A stretch of 64,000 bases of DNA. Source: Octopus bimaculoides. Lineage: Eukaryota. Shown here piece by piece: positions 1 through 11,289 of the stretch; position 1 is the stretch's first letter; each line of letters starts with the position of its first letter. The DNA is taken from assembly GCF_001194135.2 (NCBI RefSeq), contig NC_068985.1, positions 16,169,464 through 16,233,463 on the forward strand. Reading direction: 5' to 3'. Below the pieces are notes generated by a model. The model searched no databases, was not told the DNA's origin, and saw nothing but the letters and a program-made list of their open reading frames with translations. The translations under genes and the position numbers were made by a program.

Positions 1-733
1 TAAAGCAAGAATGACATTACTGCTTTCTGAGTGCTTCCCCCACCCTTCCTTTTATAACTACTGGAAATAGTCACCAGAATGTGAGACAATATTCTTGGTT
101 TTCATACCTACTGTATCCTTCCTAACAGTAACTTACAGTAATAGTTAAGGACTGATATAGCCAATGCCATTTAAAAAATCCTAATTACTTGAAATGTTCA
201 TTTTAGCTGAAGAAAGAAGACGAAATTTCAATGGCAGTTGTTAGAAAAGAAAAATGGAAATAATTCGAAGAAATTAAGAATCTTTTACAGTAACTTGCAT
301 ACTTAGGGACTGTTTGATTTATGTTTGTATACCAGGAACAACTGTGGACATGTTCCGGTGTATCACTCTTCAACAGCACTGTACGGCCTTACTGTTTCGT
401 TTTCCTGTCGTGTTTTCTGTTCGCCACTATATTCCTCCGCATTACAAATTTCATTTAATTTGTTTCCGCGGAAAGAGCCATTCTAACAATGCGTCTCTGC
501 CCTAACTCTTCGAAACACTTAGTTTAGTATGGTGGCAGCTGATGAAGGAAATGTTCTCTACGTGGCCTGTGTGTTTTCTGTGCTCTGTTTATGTTCTGTT
601 TTTCATTTTGTCCACGTTTTTTTTTTGTGACGTCCTGTACCCAAATATGCATCTATATATACATGTAGATGTAAGTATGTACATACATGTACGTATATAT
701 GCATATACTCACATATTATTTGTATTACATACA

Positions 734-777
<44 letters not shown>

Positions 778-2132
778 GCCCTCACTACCGTTTGACAGCT
801 AGTGTTGGGTTATTTACATTCCGGTAAATCAGTGGTTCGGCAAAAAGTGACCTATAAAATAAGTACAAGGCTTAGGAAAAAAAGGTACAGGGATCGATCT
901 GTCCGACTAAAGGCTTGAAGGCGGTACTCCAAGCATGACCGTAGTTCAATGACGGAAACAAGTAAAAGATAAAAATTTAAAAATACGACTTCATTATTCC
1001 ATCGTGGTAAGGAGCTTGCTTCCCAACCACATGGTTCCGGGTTCAGTCCCACTGCGTGACACCTTGGGCAAATATCTTCTGTTATAGACTCGGGTCAACT
1101 AAAGCCTTGTGAATGGATTTGGTAGACGGAAACTGAAAGAAGCCCGTCCAATATGTGTGTATGTGTGTGTGTGTGTGAGTATATCCGTGCAGGCAGGAGC
1201 CGAAAATCCTCATCAACAACAACACAAACAAGGAAGATTTTTTCATAGTCCCATGGTCTACGAGTTAGAAATAGTTAAACAGCCCTCAAATCATGCCACG
1301 TTGCGTTAATGAAAAATTATCACAGTACATATAACATAGCCGTTCATATACTGTGTCTGAAAAGGATGAAGGGATGGTTACGGTTAGAACGCCTTTGATC
1401 ATAGGCCCACTCGACAGTAGCGTAGCTAGTGTGACAAGGGCGCGTCCTTCCTGGGCGACCCTTTTATGGATGAGGTACTTTTTGTTCTGCTGTATATGTC
1501 TGTATAAGTTGTATTGCCGCAGAAATTCTGTCTACGTCACTGATGCTGTATCAGGCTAATGTGGGTCAAGACAACATCAAGTTTGGAGGACGTGTTCAGG
1601 TGTTTTAAGGAAAATGGTCAAACTAAGATTTCCCCCCCACCCCGAGAAAAATACCTAATTGTACTTACTTTAGTCTTACTTGGTCTGAGTTCAATTCCTA
1701 GATTCTGTTTTCCCTATCCTATTTATGACGTCGATAAAACAAATATAAAGGCAAGGGAATGGCTGTGTTTAAAATTTTCTCTTTGCAACTGCGTGGTTTC
1801 GGGATCAATCGCACTGTACGGTAGGTACCTTGGGCAACTATCTTCCACTATAGCTCCAGGCCCACCAAGTTTTTTGTGAGTAAAGGATCTTTTCTGTTTG
1901 GTTTTCATTTTCCAATTCCTTTAATTTCCAATTGACTTCAAATTTTGTGTATTGATGTAGTTTTGTATGCTAATTATGGAAGTGAAATTCATTTTCTCCC
2001 ATAAACTAATAAATAAATAAAAAGTTAATAACTTTTGCACTTTGGAAATGTTGGGTAATTTTAGCCAATCGAAAGCCACAGACATTATATAGGTACCTGT
2101 TTCCATAGTAACAAGTAAAGTATACTTTTATC

Positions 2133-2281
2133 CAGAGGTGGACTGAGAGTATTAAGGGCCCTCGGGCATAACTGTTTACCGGACCCCTTAGCACTGATTT
2201 ACTTAACATGTAGAGTGCAGGACCCTCAGAGCTTCGGGCCCTCGGACAGTGCCCAATTGACCGACGGCTCAGTCCGCACCT
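2133..2281. mobile_element. hAT-type MITE, copy 1
   Basis: TIR CAGAGGTGGACTGAG / CTCAGTCCGCACCT and an exact 8-bp TSD CTTTTATC (2125-2132 and 2282-2289). Reverse complement of copy 2. Confidence 0.8.
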
Positions 2282-2545
2282 CTTTTATCCATTTGTTGGT
2301 GCCCAACCACGTGTAGCATACCATCTTCCTTTAATTCTTTTATTCTTTTACTTGTTTCAGTCATTTTACTGCGGCCATGCTGGAGCACCACCTTTAGGCA
2401 AACAAATCGACCCAGGGCTTATTCTTCGTGAGCCTAGTACTTATTCTATCGGTCTCTTTGCCGAACCGCTAAGTTATGGGGACGTAAACATACCAACATC
2501 GGTTGTCAAGCAATGGTGGGTGAAGGGAAAAACACAGACACAAAC

Positions 2546-2577
<32 letters not shown>

Positions 2578-2808
2578 NNNNNNNNNNNNNNNNNNNNNNN
2601 NNNNNNNNNNNNNNNNNNNNNNNNNNNNNNNNNNNNNNNNNNNNNNNNNNNNNNNNNNNNNNNNGGGCTTCTTTCAGTTTCCGTCTACCAAATTCATTCA
2701 CAAGGCTTCAGTCAGCCCGAGGCTGCAGTAGAAGACACTTGGCCAAGAGTGGGACTGAACCCAAAACCATATGGTTGGGAAGCAGGCTTCTTACCCCGCC
2801 TGTTTATC

Positions 2809-2811
<3 letters not shown>

Positions 2812-2880
<69 letters not shown>
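2812..2880. repeat. (ATT)n microsatellite
   Basis: Direct observation. Confidence 0.95.
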
Positions 2881-2881
<1 letters not shown>

Positions 2882-2909
2882 TATATTATTATATTATATT
2901 ATATTGTAT

Positions 2910-3110
2910 TAAGGCGGCGAAATACTTAGCACGCCGGGCGAAATACCTAGCAGTATTTCATCTGCCGCTACGGTCTGAGTTCAAATTCCGCCGAGGTCGA
3001 CTTTGCCTTTCATCCTTTCGGGTTCGATTAAATAAGTACCAGCTACATACTGATGTCGATGTAATCGATTTAATCCCTTCGCCCAAATTTGAGACTTTGT
3101 GCTTCCAGTT
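2910..3110 (+). mobile_element. SINE family B; other copies near 7255-7445, 18190-18410, 23250-23385, 39765-39960, 40840-41030 and 61980-62170
   Basis: AAGGCGGCGA head, B-box GAGTTCAAATTCC, central GAGGTCGACTTTGCCTTTCATCCTTTCGGG...ATAAGTACCAG. Confidence 0.85.
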
Positions 3111-3183
3111 GAAGGAATTCTTTTTTAGAAACGAACGGATATTTTCAGTTGTGTCTTGGATATTTTCAGCCTAAATAAGAAGT

Positions 3184-3730
3184 ATGACCGCAACCAATTC
3201 GTATAACCTTTCGTATATGACAGATAAACTAAAAATCGAGGAGGATGCAGTTATTACTTGCAAGAGAAGAGTGTTATGCCTCAAAGAAAATTATGCACAA
3301 ATATACAAATGCTGCCGGGAGTGCTACATCATTTGTGTGATGTGGGAAATATTCCATCAATATTGCACAAATGATGTTGGCTTCAATTTTAAAATCCACC
3401 CAAGACTTAATCCCCGTGCTATCCGCCCACTGCAAAAATTGAACTCAGGACACATAACAACATTATGCCACAACTACTTTACCTCAATCGGTCCAGTTCT
3501 CTTTAATACCATAGCAAAATACGTCAAAATGGAAACGGGTCCCATAAAATTCGAAAGTTCACTGGACAAATTTCTTCAAAAAATCCCGGACCAACCTCCT
3601 GCACCTGGATATATCTCCANNNNNNNNNNNNNNNNNNNNNNNNNNNNNNNNNNNNNNNNNNNNNNNNNNNNNNNNNNNNNNNNNNNNNNNNCACTCTTTG
3701 CTAGAGTGAGCCATGGTTCCTCATACATGA
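3184..3730 (+). mobile_element. CR1-clade LINE 3' fragment (RT C-terminal region), degenerate
   Basis: RECYIICVMWEI...FNTIAKYVK...FESSLDKFLQKIPDQP is co-linear with the copy at 19593-20165. A 72-N gap lies inside. Confidence 0.8.
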
Positions 3731-3970
3731 CTAAAAGACTTCACCAGGTGATGCTATTAAGTTAGACAACTTTGAGCACGATTCAGAAAAGTTTCACTGT
3801 GCCATTATGCCTCTTTAAAATCGGTTCGACTTTCTAGAAATAGCAGCCACATCACCTTCTTGTCTTCAAAAAGGAAGGAGCGCATTGAATAAAATAATTC
3901 TAGCTAGTCTATGCCTTAGGATAATGTGACATAGTCATGTCTTTGATCAGAAATAAATTCGCTGTTAGGT

Positions 3971-4340
3971 TGTTGTTGGCACTCCGTAGCTTACGACGTC
4001 GAGGGTTCCAGTTGATCCGATCAACGGAACAGCCTGCTCGTGAAATTATCGTGCAAGTGGCTGAGCACTCCACAGATACGTGTACCCTTAACGTAGTTCT
4101 CGGGGATATTCAGCGTGACACAGAGTGACAAAGCTGACCCTTTGAATTACAGGCACAACAGAAACAGAAAGTAAGAGTGAGAGAAAGTTGTAGTGAAAGA
4201 TTACAGCAGCGTTCGCCACCATCCCCTGCCGGAGCCTCGTGGAGCCTTAGGTGTTTTCGCTCAATAAACACTCACACTCGAAACCGCGATCCTATGACCA
4301 CGAGTCCGCTGCCCTAACCACTGGGCCATTGCGCCTCCAC
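3971..4340 (-). mobile_element. tRNA-headed SINE (family D), intact insertion
   Basis: Head GTGGAGGCGCAATGGCCCAGTGGTTAGGGCAGCGG, (CAA)n tail, and exact 12-bp TSD TCGCTGTTAGGT (3959-3970 and 4341-4352). Confidence 0.88.
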
Positions 4341-5597
4341 TCGCTGTTAGGTAGCACGAGGGTATACGACAAACTCTTTAAAATCTAGCAACCTGAATCA
4401 TTCGGAGATAAATGTCTTTGCTGAGGACACTGGATAACCTGAATGACAAAATATTGTTAATCATTGCTCCTTAGACTTGACGCTATGCTGTCAAGGTCAA
4501 CTGATTAAAATACAGGAATATGCGGTGTTGTAAATATCTTTTGCTCTACAAACAAATTCGCAGATAATAAATAAATTGACATTTGTGTTATTACGTAGTT
4601 TGAATTGTTCAACAGTTTACAAGTCTTACCGAAAGGGTATGTCATTGGTCGTTTCTTCTTAAAATATCTGGCATTTTCTTTTTTTAATCCTTATTATTCA
4701 ATCTTTATGTTATGTTTGTTTTGCTTTAAAACTGTGGCTTTACTTTACACAAACAAAACGAAAAAAGTTACAACTACTTCAATGACATGGAAGCGATTGG
4801 TTTCAGCAATGAGGCATTGCAGCTATTACTTATCCAAAGATTAGCCCTGATAGAAAAGACTTATCAAAGGTTTATAGCTGTGACCATCCCATCTGGTTTT
4901 CAAACAGTGCGTCCTGGATTTTGAAAAAATACAATTTACAGTTTTGGAAAATCCACACTAATGCATGAGTGTTTTGAAAAACGTATTATTTATCATTTTG
5001 TTAAACACAACTGTGATTAATAAAACAAGGTAAGCGATAGTTTTCTATGTATTTTCGAAATATCGTTTCATCTTTTACGTGTTTAGTCGGACAAATCAAT
5101 CCCACTCTTTATTCTTTATCAGTCTGATACTTATTTTATCAGTATCTTTTCGCCGAACCGATAGGTTTTGATGAAGTAAACAAACCAACACGGGTTGTCA
5201 AGCATTGGTGAGGACAAACACAGCCACAAAGATATGCGTGCGCATGCGCATGCACAGAGATATATATCTTTTATCTTTAATCTTTTTGTTGTTTCAGTCA
5301 TCGGACTGTGGCCATTCCAGGGCACCACCTTGACGGGTTCTTAGTCGAATAAATCAACTGCAGTACTTATTTTCAAAAGCCTAGTACTTATTCTATCGTG
5401 TTCCTTTACCGAACCGCTAAGTTACAGGGACGTAAATAACACAACACCTGTTGTTAAGTGGGTAGGCGGGGGACAAATACAAACACAATCACACACACAA
5501 TCACGCAACTGACCCTTAGTTCTTTAAAAGAATTCAGCTCTAAATATTTCAGATAAAAAAGCAAGTGATGAATGATAACAGTGATATATCTACGAAT

Positions 5598-5803
5598 CCA
5601 GGTAACAAAAAAAAGTCACAGGGGTTTTGTCCAGTGAGGTTTTGTCCGAAGGGATTTTGTCCAGGGGGTGGGTTGTTTGGATCCCATAAATTAATTGTGA
5701 TTTTTTCCCTGTGACTTTATTAACAGTCACCATAAATTAATTGTGACATTTTTTTTCATCCTAGCCAAAATTGTGACTTTTTTTCCTGTGACTTTATTAC
5801 CGG
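5598..5803. mobile_element. Non-autonomous DNA-transposon-like element with GTCACA/TGTGAC subterminal repeats
   Basis: GGTAACAAAAAAAAGTCACAG at the left end and CTGTGACTTTATTACCGG at the right end, with internal TTTTGTCC repeats. Confidence 0.5.
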
Positions 5804-7971
5804 TCAGCCGACCAAGAAAATTCTGTTTGACATGATCGTGATAGCCAGTAAAAAAAAAAAATTTTTTTTAAAAGAAAGGAAAAAAATCCGTCTCTGCAGA
5901 GCTCCTTCGATTCTGAAAATAATGAAATATTTTTCAAGTGACGAAAATAGACAAAAGACTCTTACTCTCCTTCTGCAAAACAAATTTTCTAAAACTGGAT
6001 CAAAACAGCCAATTTTGTTGGATATAAAATGAAGCTAAGAAGGAGTGCAATTTGAGAGATTTGGGTTTAAACGTATGACATTGAAAAATGTTAGGTTTCG
6101 TGTTTCTTTTTAAATGAGAAAGCAACCTAACTCACAAAGCATACGAAAAATGTTTGTTATCAGCAGGCCGTGATGAGGTTGAGGGACAATTGAGTGAATA
6201 CAAATAACAAAATGCCGTTGTAAGGTCAACTACCTTACTGTATACTTGTAGTTAATCGAGCAGAACTGTGAGTATTTGAAAATTATTATCGAAACTTTAT
6301 TGATCACTATCAAATAAAACAAAGTTCAACGTGGTCAAGTAAAGAACTACAACAATTTGGGCGAAGTTTTTGACATTTAACTGTGCAATTTATGCCAAAA
6401 ACCTTGAAAGACTTGTTGCAGATCAGAATATGTGGCGAAGGATCGCGTTATATACGAGGGTGTGCAACAGTTTGAAGGCAAATTCATCAGCCAAAAGGAT
6501 TGTAGTGAAACCTACTCTCTCGGTTATATATTCTTAAATGGTTCGCACGGTCGTTTTTTTCAAACTGGTGACCTCCCCCAACGTGATTCTGTTCACGTAG
6601 CTTCTCTTACTAAATGTTGACTAAGTGCCAGCTATAGGACCAACCGTTCTTTCAGTTTTTTCACTACAATTATTTCCTGTGTCGTCTGTTTTGTCTTTGA
6701 CAAACCGACTGGTGTGAGGCTATTATAGTGAAACCTACTCTCTCGGTTATATATTCTTAAATGCGGACGTAGAGGTCGTTTCTACAGGATGAACGTATCA
6801 TTATTGCCAAATTCAATAACTGAACATTAGGAGAGCATTTCATCTGTGACCACCTTGTCGCTGAATCTGTCTTGGATTGCTCTTGTATCACATCTGTCTA
6901 CTCTGTTCACTCACCAAGGAACTGATAATGATGAAAGGCAATGTCAACGTCGAATCGGCAGTCAGCCATAGGTACTTTCGTTTTGAGGTATATCTTTCAA
7001 GGAAAGTAATTCAACGTGATACTTGGCTTTTGTGCATCTACACATGTACAACTACGCATAATTTAATTTATAAAAGCATGTTGAAAATTTGATAAATGAC
7101 ATCTTTTTTAATAGGCAGCTGAAAAATCTCAATTTTTCATTTGAGTTTCGTATGCTACTTAGCCAAAATGAAGAGCAGCAGGGTAATGGAGGAGAAAGCA
7201 ATTACTGAGAAAAGTTATTCCTTTCACTATTCTTAGGAGAGGGTCTTCTATCACAGAAGCGGCGAGCTGGCAGAAACGTTCTGAGTTCAAATTCCGCCGA
7301 GGTCGACTTTACCTTTCATCCTTTCGGGGTCAATAAATTAAGTACCAGTAGAACACTGGGGTCGATGTAATCGACTTAATCCCTTTGTCTGTCCTTGTTT
7401 GTCCCCTCTACGTTTAGCCCCTTGTGGGCAATAAAGAAATAAGAAAAGTAAATAGGCGCAGGCGTGGCTGTATGATAAGAAACTTGCTTCCCAACCACAT
7501 GGTTCTGGATTCAGTCCCACTGCGTGGCACCTTGGGCAAGTGTCAGCCCACAATGCTCTCCAAGAACAGTTCAAGCACTTAGAACAGGGTTCATATGACC
7601 CCTGAGGGTCCAAATAAGATTTTTGGGGGTCCATGCAACAAAATTGTAAATTGGGAATCTGCAATAATATTTTAAGGGCCACAGAAAAAAATTTTGTTTT
7701 AGATCAATGTATTGGTATTTATTGCAAGAAACAGCTAGGTTTCTTTCTCTAACATTTTAACATAGTTCAACCTACACAAGTGGACTCTGAAGATAATTGG
7801 AGACAATACCGAATTAAACAATGTGTCAAACAGATTATATTAAAAATAAGTTTTTACATTTCATTTCAGTAGAAACCAACAGCAGTTGCTTTGCTCCAAG
7901 AACTAAAACGTAACCAATATATATCTCTAAATGAAGAGAAAAAATTATTGGAATATAGTTGAATAGTGACA

Positions 7972-8147
7972 ATGGCAACATCTACATCTCCTGGTTTGGA
8001 TACATTTGCGATGGAATTAACTACTACTCCCGAAAATACTGAAACAAAGCCATTGGTTGTACCTCTTGTGTTGAGCCTATGTTTGGTTTTGCTGCTACTG
8101 TTGGTTGCTGCTTACTTTTTTTGGCGATGGAAAACAGGCAGAAAAGT
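7972..8147 (+). CDS. Uncharacterised single-pass membrane protein, first coding exon (exon starts at 7870)
   Basis: Acceptor TTTCATTTCAG at 7869, in-frame TGA at 7960-7962, Kozak-like ACAATGG. Encodes MATSTSPGLDTFAMELTTTPENTETK, the hydrophobic stretch PLVVPLVLSLCLVLLLLLVAAYFFW and basic RWKTGRK. Phase-2 donor GT|GTAAGC. Confidence 0.75.
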
Positions 8148-8648
8148 GTAAGCTATCAAAATATGTTATTTTCTTTGTTTCTCCTATTCATACAAAAGGC
8201 TTTTGATTTTAATTTAAATGTGATTTACGGAGATGTACTTGCATAGCAAGTGACTTGATCTGAGATCGTGTGCTGAAACAAAAACAATTGCAGCATGGAA
8301 TGTGTTTATAAGTCATTTAAATACACACAAAAACCGTTAGATTCACTTCAACATTTAAATTTAATTTGTCAAAATATTTTCATCGCTTTGAATCCGTGAC
8401 CTGTTCACTGACAAAATTCCATGTGGCATGGAATTTTATCAGTGAACAGGTCACGGTTTCAAAGCGACAAAAAGTATCTTCCATGTCATTCATGTCATTA
8501 AAGGAAAAAACAATAACTTTTGTTGGTGAGTGACCAACCAATGACAAGAAATTTTAAGAACTTTATAACAAGTAAACAAAAGAACATAAATTAGAAATGA
8601 TCTAATTATAAATCTCACAGAGAGACTTAAGCAGCAGTGTTACTATAA

Positions 8649-9030
8649 AGCAGTTGTATGCTGTCAACTTAACGGGGCAATCCCGATAAAGGAATCATAC
8701 TGCTGGTATTTAGCAGCATAATTAGATCATTTCTAATTTTTGTAATCAGTGAATGTCTTTTCACTAGAAATATATATGTTTGTGAGAGATTGACTGGCGT
8801 GTTCAGCCAGCCGGTCGTGCTGCTTCATGCTGATGACGAGCAATGACTCAGAAACATGTCTCTGAATGCAGGCTAGACTAAGTGGAGGTACTTGTCTCCC
8901 CCTCATAAACATAAGGACACAGGAAATGTGTCAAGGCCGACAGGAAACGGTCCAGCTTCCTAGGGCTAAATAGCAGCAGTATGATTCCCTTATTAGGATT
9001 GTCACGTTAAGTTGACAGTATACAACTGCT
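8649..9030. mobile_element. MITE with 66-bp terminal inverted repeats
   Basis: 8649-8714 is about 90% identical to the reverse complement of 8965-9030. No clean TSD; superfamily unassigned. Confidence 0.7.
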
Positions 9031-9538
9031 CAAAAGAACATAGATGAATAAGTAAACGAAAGAACATAGATTAATAAGTAAACGAAAGAACATAGATTAA
9101 ACACGTGAATTGTAGTCGTCTTTTCCCTTATAATTCCTTAATTTCAATTTCAAATTTCTGATCCTACCACATATCATGACAAAATAATCATCTCTCTTGT
9201 AATCGTTGTGACCACTATGGAAACCACATGTGAGTGAAAGTATAATTACCTAGATATGGAAAACAATTGGTTTTTCAGCCACGTTTTCTGATAAGTTTGG
9301 TTTCAGATGTAGTGGTTAGATGTGCATGATAGTAAACAGATGCAAAAGGAATATGTATGCCTTTGAAGTAAACAAATGAGTGAATGGATTCATAATTAAA
9401 AATAATTTATTCACTGGACTTAATTTGTCGTTGGTACACATAATTCTTCACTACATGCAAAATGTTGACAACTGCTACGAGTTGCTAGAAATAGAAACAG
9501 GGTACATCTGTAGAAATGATGCGTCATAAATGAATATA

Positions 9539-9543
<5 letters not shown>

Positions 9544-9626
<83 letters not shown>
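9544..9626. repeat. (GT)n microsatellite; similar tracts at 739-774, 48296-48361 and 53558-53652
   Basis: Direct observation. Confidence 0.95.
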
Positions 9627-9630
<4 letters not shown>

Positions 9631-10134
9631 TAGTTCATCTGATACTGTAGTCTACCGTGGAACTTCGAACATTGCTCTGGTCTCTGCTGTCGCCAAAACC
9701 TGTTGTGTCGTAGAGTTTCCTCGTTTGGCTGCCAGGGCCTTCTCTCCGCTTCTGTCTTGTTGACCACTGAATTTATAAGAATCGTGGAAGCTAGAAGGAC
9801 AGACTTATTGCAGCAGAGTTTGTACCTAAATAGGTCAGCTCCTGTCCATTTGAACTTCACCTGACATGGCCTTAGGTCGAAGGTTAAAGGGAGATGATCA
9901 ATCACTTTTTGACAGGACAAAGAAAATCTGTTTTCGCACCTGTTGATCATGGTGGTTTGAATGACCAAGAATTCTTAGATTCGGTTTTGAATCTTGGCTT
10001 GGAGAAGGAAGTATTAATTTTTACACAAACTTAAAAAAACTTGAAGTATTTAATATTTTCCATTTTACCATTTTATTTGATTTTTCAAGTACGTTTGTCA
10101 TAGCATGTAATTGTATCTTATTTGTGTTTCACAG

Positions 10135-10234
10135 ATTTCCTTTTTCCACAATCTGCAAAGCCAGACCTGTAAGGAAAAAAGTATCCATAGAAATTCCTGA
10201 CAGTGAAATGTATTCAGAAATTGTGGATAGAAAA
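10135..10234 (+). CDS. Uncharacterised membrane protein, coding exon 2 (V-FPFSTICKARPVRKKVSIEIPDSEMYSEIVDRK)
   Basis: Acceptor TTTGTGTTTCACAG|A matches the phase-2 donor of the previous exon and keeps the frame open. Phase-0 donor AAA|GTAAAT, followed by T-rich intron-like sequence. Confidence 0.7.
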
Positions 10235-10416
10235 GTAAATAATTACTATTTTATCTTTCTTTTACCAAATAAGCTTTTCTTTCACACACACGCGCGCGCA
10301 TGCATGCACACCCTGCCCCAAACACACATACACTATCTTTTTGTGATTTATCCAGTGTACCCTGAATGTTTTTTGTCTTTCATTGATGGCTTTCATTTCT
10401 TCTTGTCATTTTCTGT

Positions 10417-10573
10417 CAGGGATGGACTGAGCCGTCAGTCAATCGAGCATTGCCTGAGGGTCCAGAGCTTTGAGGGGCTCGCACTCTACATGCTAACTCT
10501 CTTTCATAGCTATGCTAAGAGGCCTAGCGAACAGTTATGCTGGATGGCCCTTAATACTCTCAGTCCGCCCCTT
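10417..10573. mobile_element. hAT-type MITE, copy 2 (intron of the membrane-protein gene)
   Basis: TIR CAGGGATGGACTGAG / CTCAGTCCGCCCCT with TSD TTTTCTGT / CTTTCTGT (7 of 8). Confidence 0.75.
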
Positions 10574-10722
10574 CTTTCTGTCCTCTCTTTTACTCTTTTC
10601 TGACAAGTCATAGTTCATCTGAGCACTGTACACAATGAGCTCATTATTATAAACACATGCAGTGGTTCACATATCAACTCTACGATTTCACACGTTCAAC
10701 TCCTTCCTAAAGTATTTTTATA

Positions 10723-11063
10723 CGGGGTCTGATCAATAAGTATCCAGACTGCTGCCATAACAATGAAGCTAAAGCACACGGTGAAGCCACTTGAAGCAGA
10801 TTGACCTTGAACTCTGATGTGCATGCGCACAAAGTTTTAACATTCTAGCTCACTTTACAACAGTGCTTTGAAGGAAAGTGTGTAGCATGTGATCGTTGTA
10901 TTGACCATGACAGAGAAAGTTGAGCAGAGAATCTGTATCAAACTGTGCCAAAAGCTTGGTGATACTTGCTCAGAGTCCTATGCAAAGTTTTCAAAAATTT
11001 TCATTGTTTTTGACACAACCAAAGAGATCTTGTGCAACTGAAACCCAAGCGTCTTTTTTGGTC
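10723..11063 (+). mobile_element. Mariner transposon 5' end (TIR plus transposase N-terminus), cut by a gap
   Basis: TA|CGGGGTCTGATCAATAAGT terminus. ATG at 10907 gives MTEKVEQRICIKLCQKLGDTCSESYAK, matching the mariner EQRICIKFC motif. Confidence 0.75.
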
Positions 11064-11289
11064 NNNNNNNNNNNNNNNNNNNNNNNNNNNNNNNNNNNNN
11101 NNNNNNNNNNNNNNNNNNNNNNNNNNNNNNNNNNNNNNNNNNNNNNNNNNNNNNNNNNNNNNNNNNNNNNNNNNNNNNNNNNNNNNNNNNNNNNNNNNNN
11201 NNNNNNNNNNNNNNNNNNNNNNNNNNNNNNNNNNNNNNNNNNNNNNNNNNNNNNNNNNNNNNNNNNNNATATATATATATATATAAAAG

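Noticed and set aside
505-560. GAAAC...CTGATGA arrangement suggesting a type II hammerhead
   Set aside because: Stems I and II cannot be paired convincingly.
4280-4340. tRNA-like sequences (also heads of SINE families A and B)
   Set aside because: A and B boxes are present but continue into SINE bodies with tails and TSDs. No complete cloverleaf.
10169-10174. Internal GTAAGG donor in membrane-protein exon 2
   Set aside because: It would leave a 34-nt exon, while coding-like sequence continues to the GTAAAT at 10235, where intron-like composition starts. Not excluded as a minor site.
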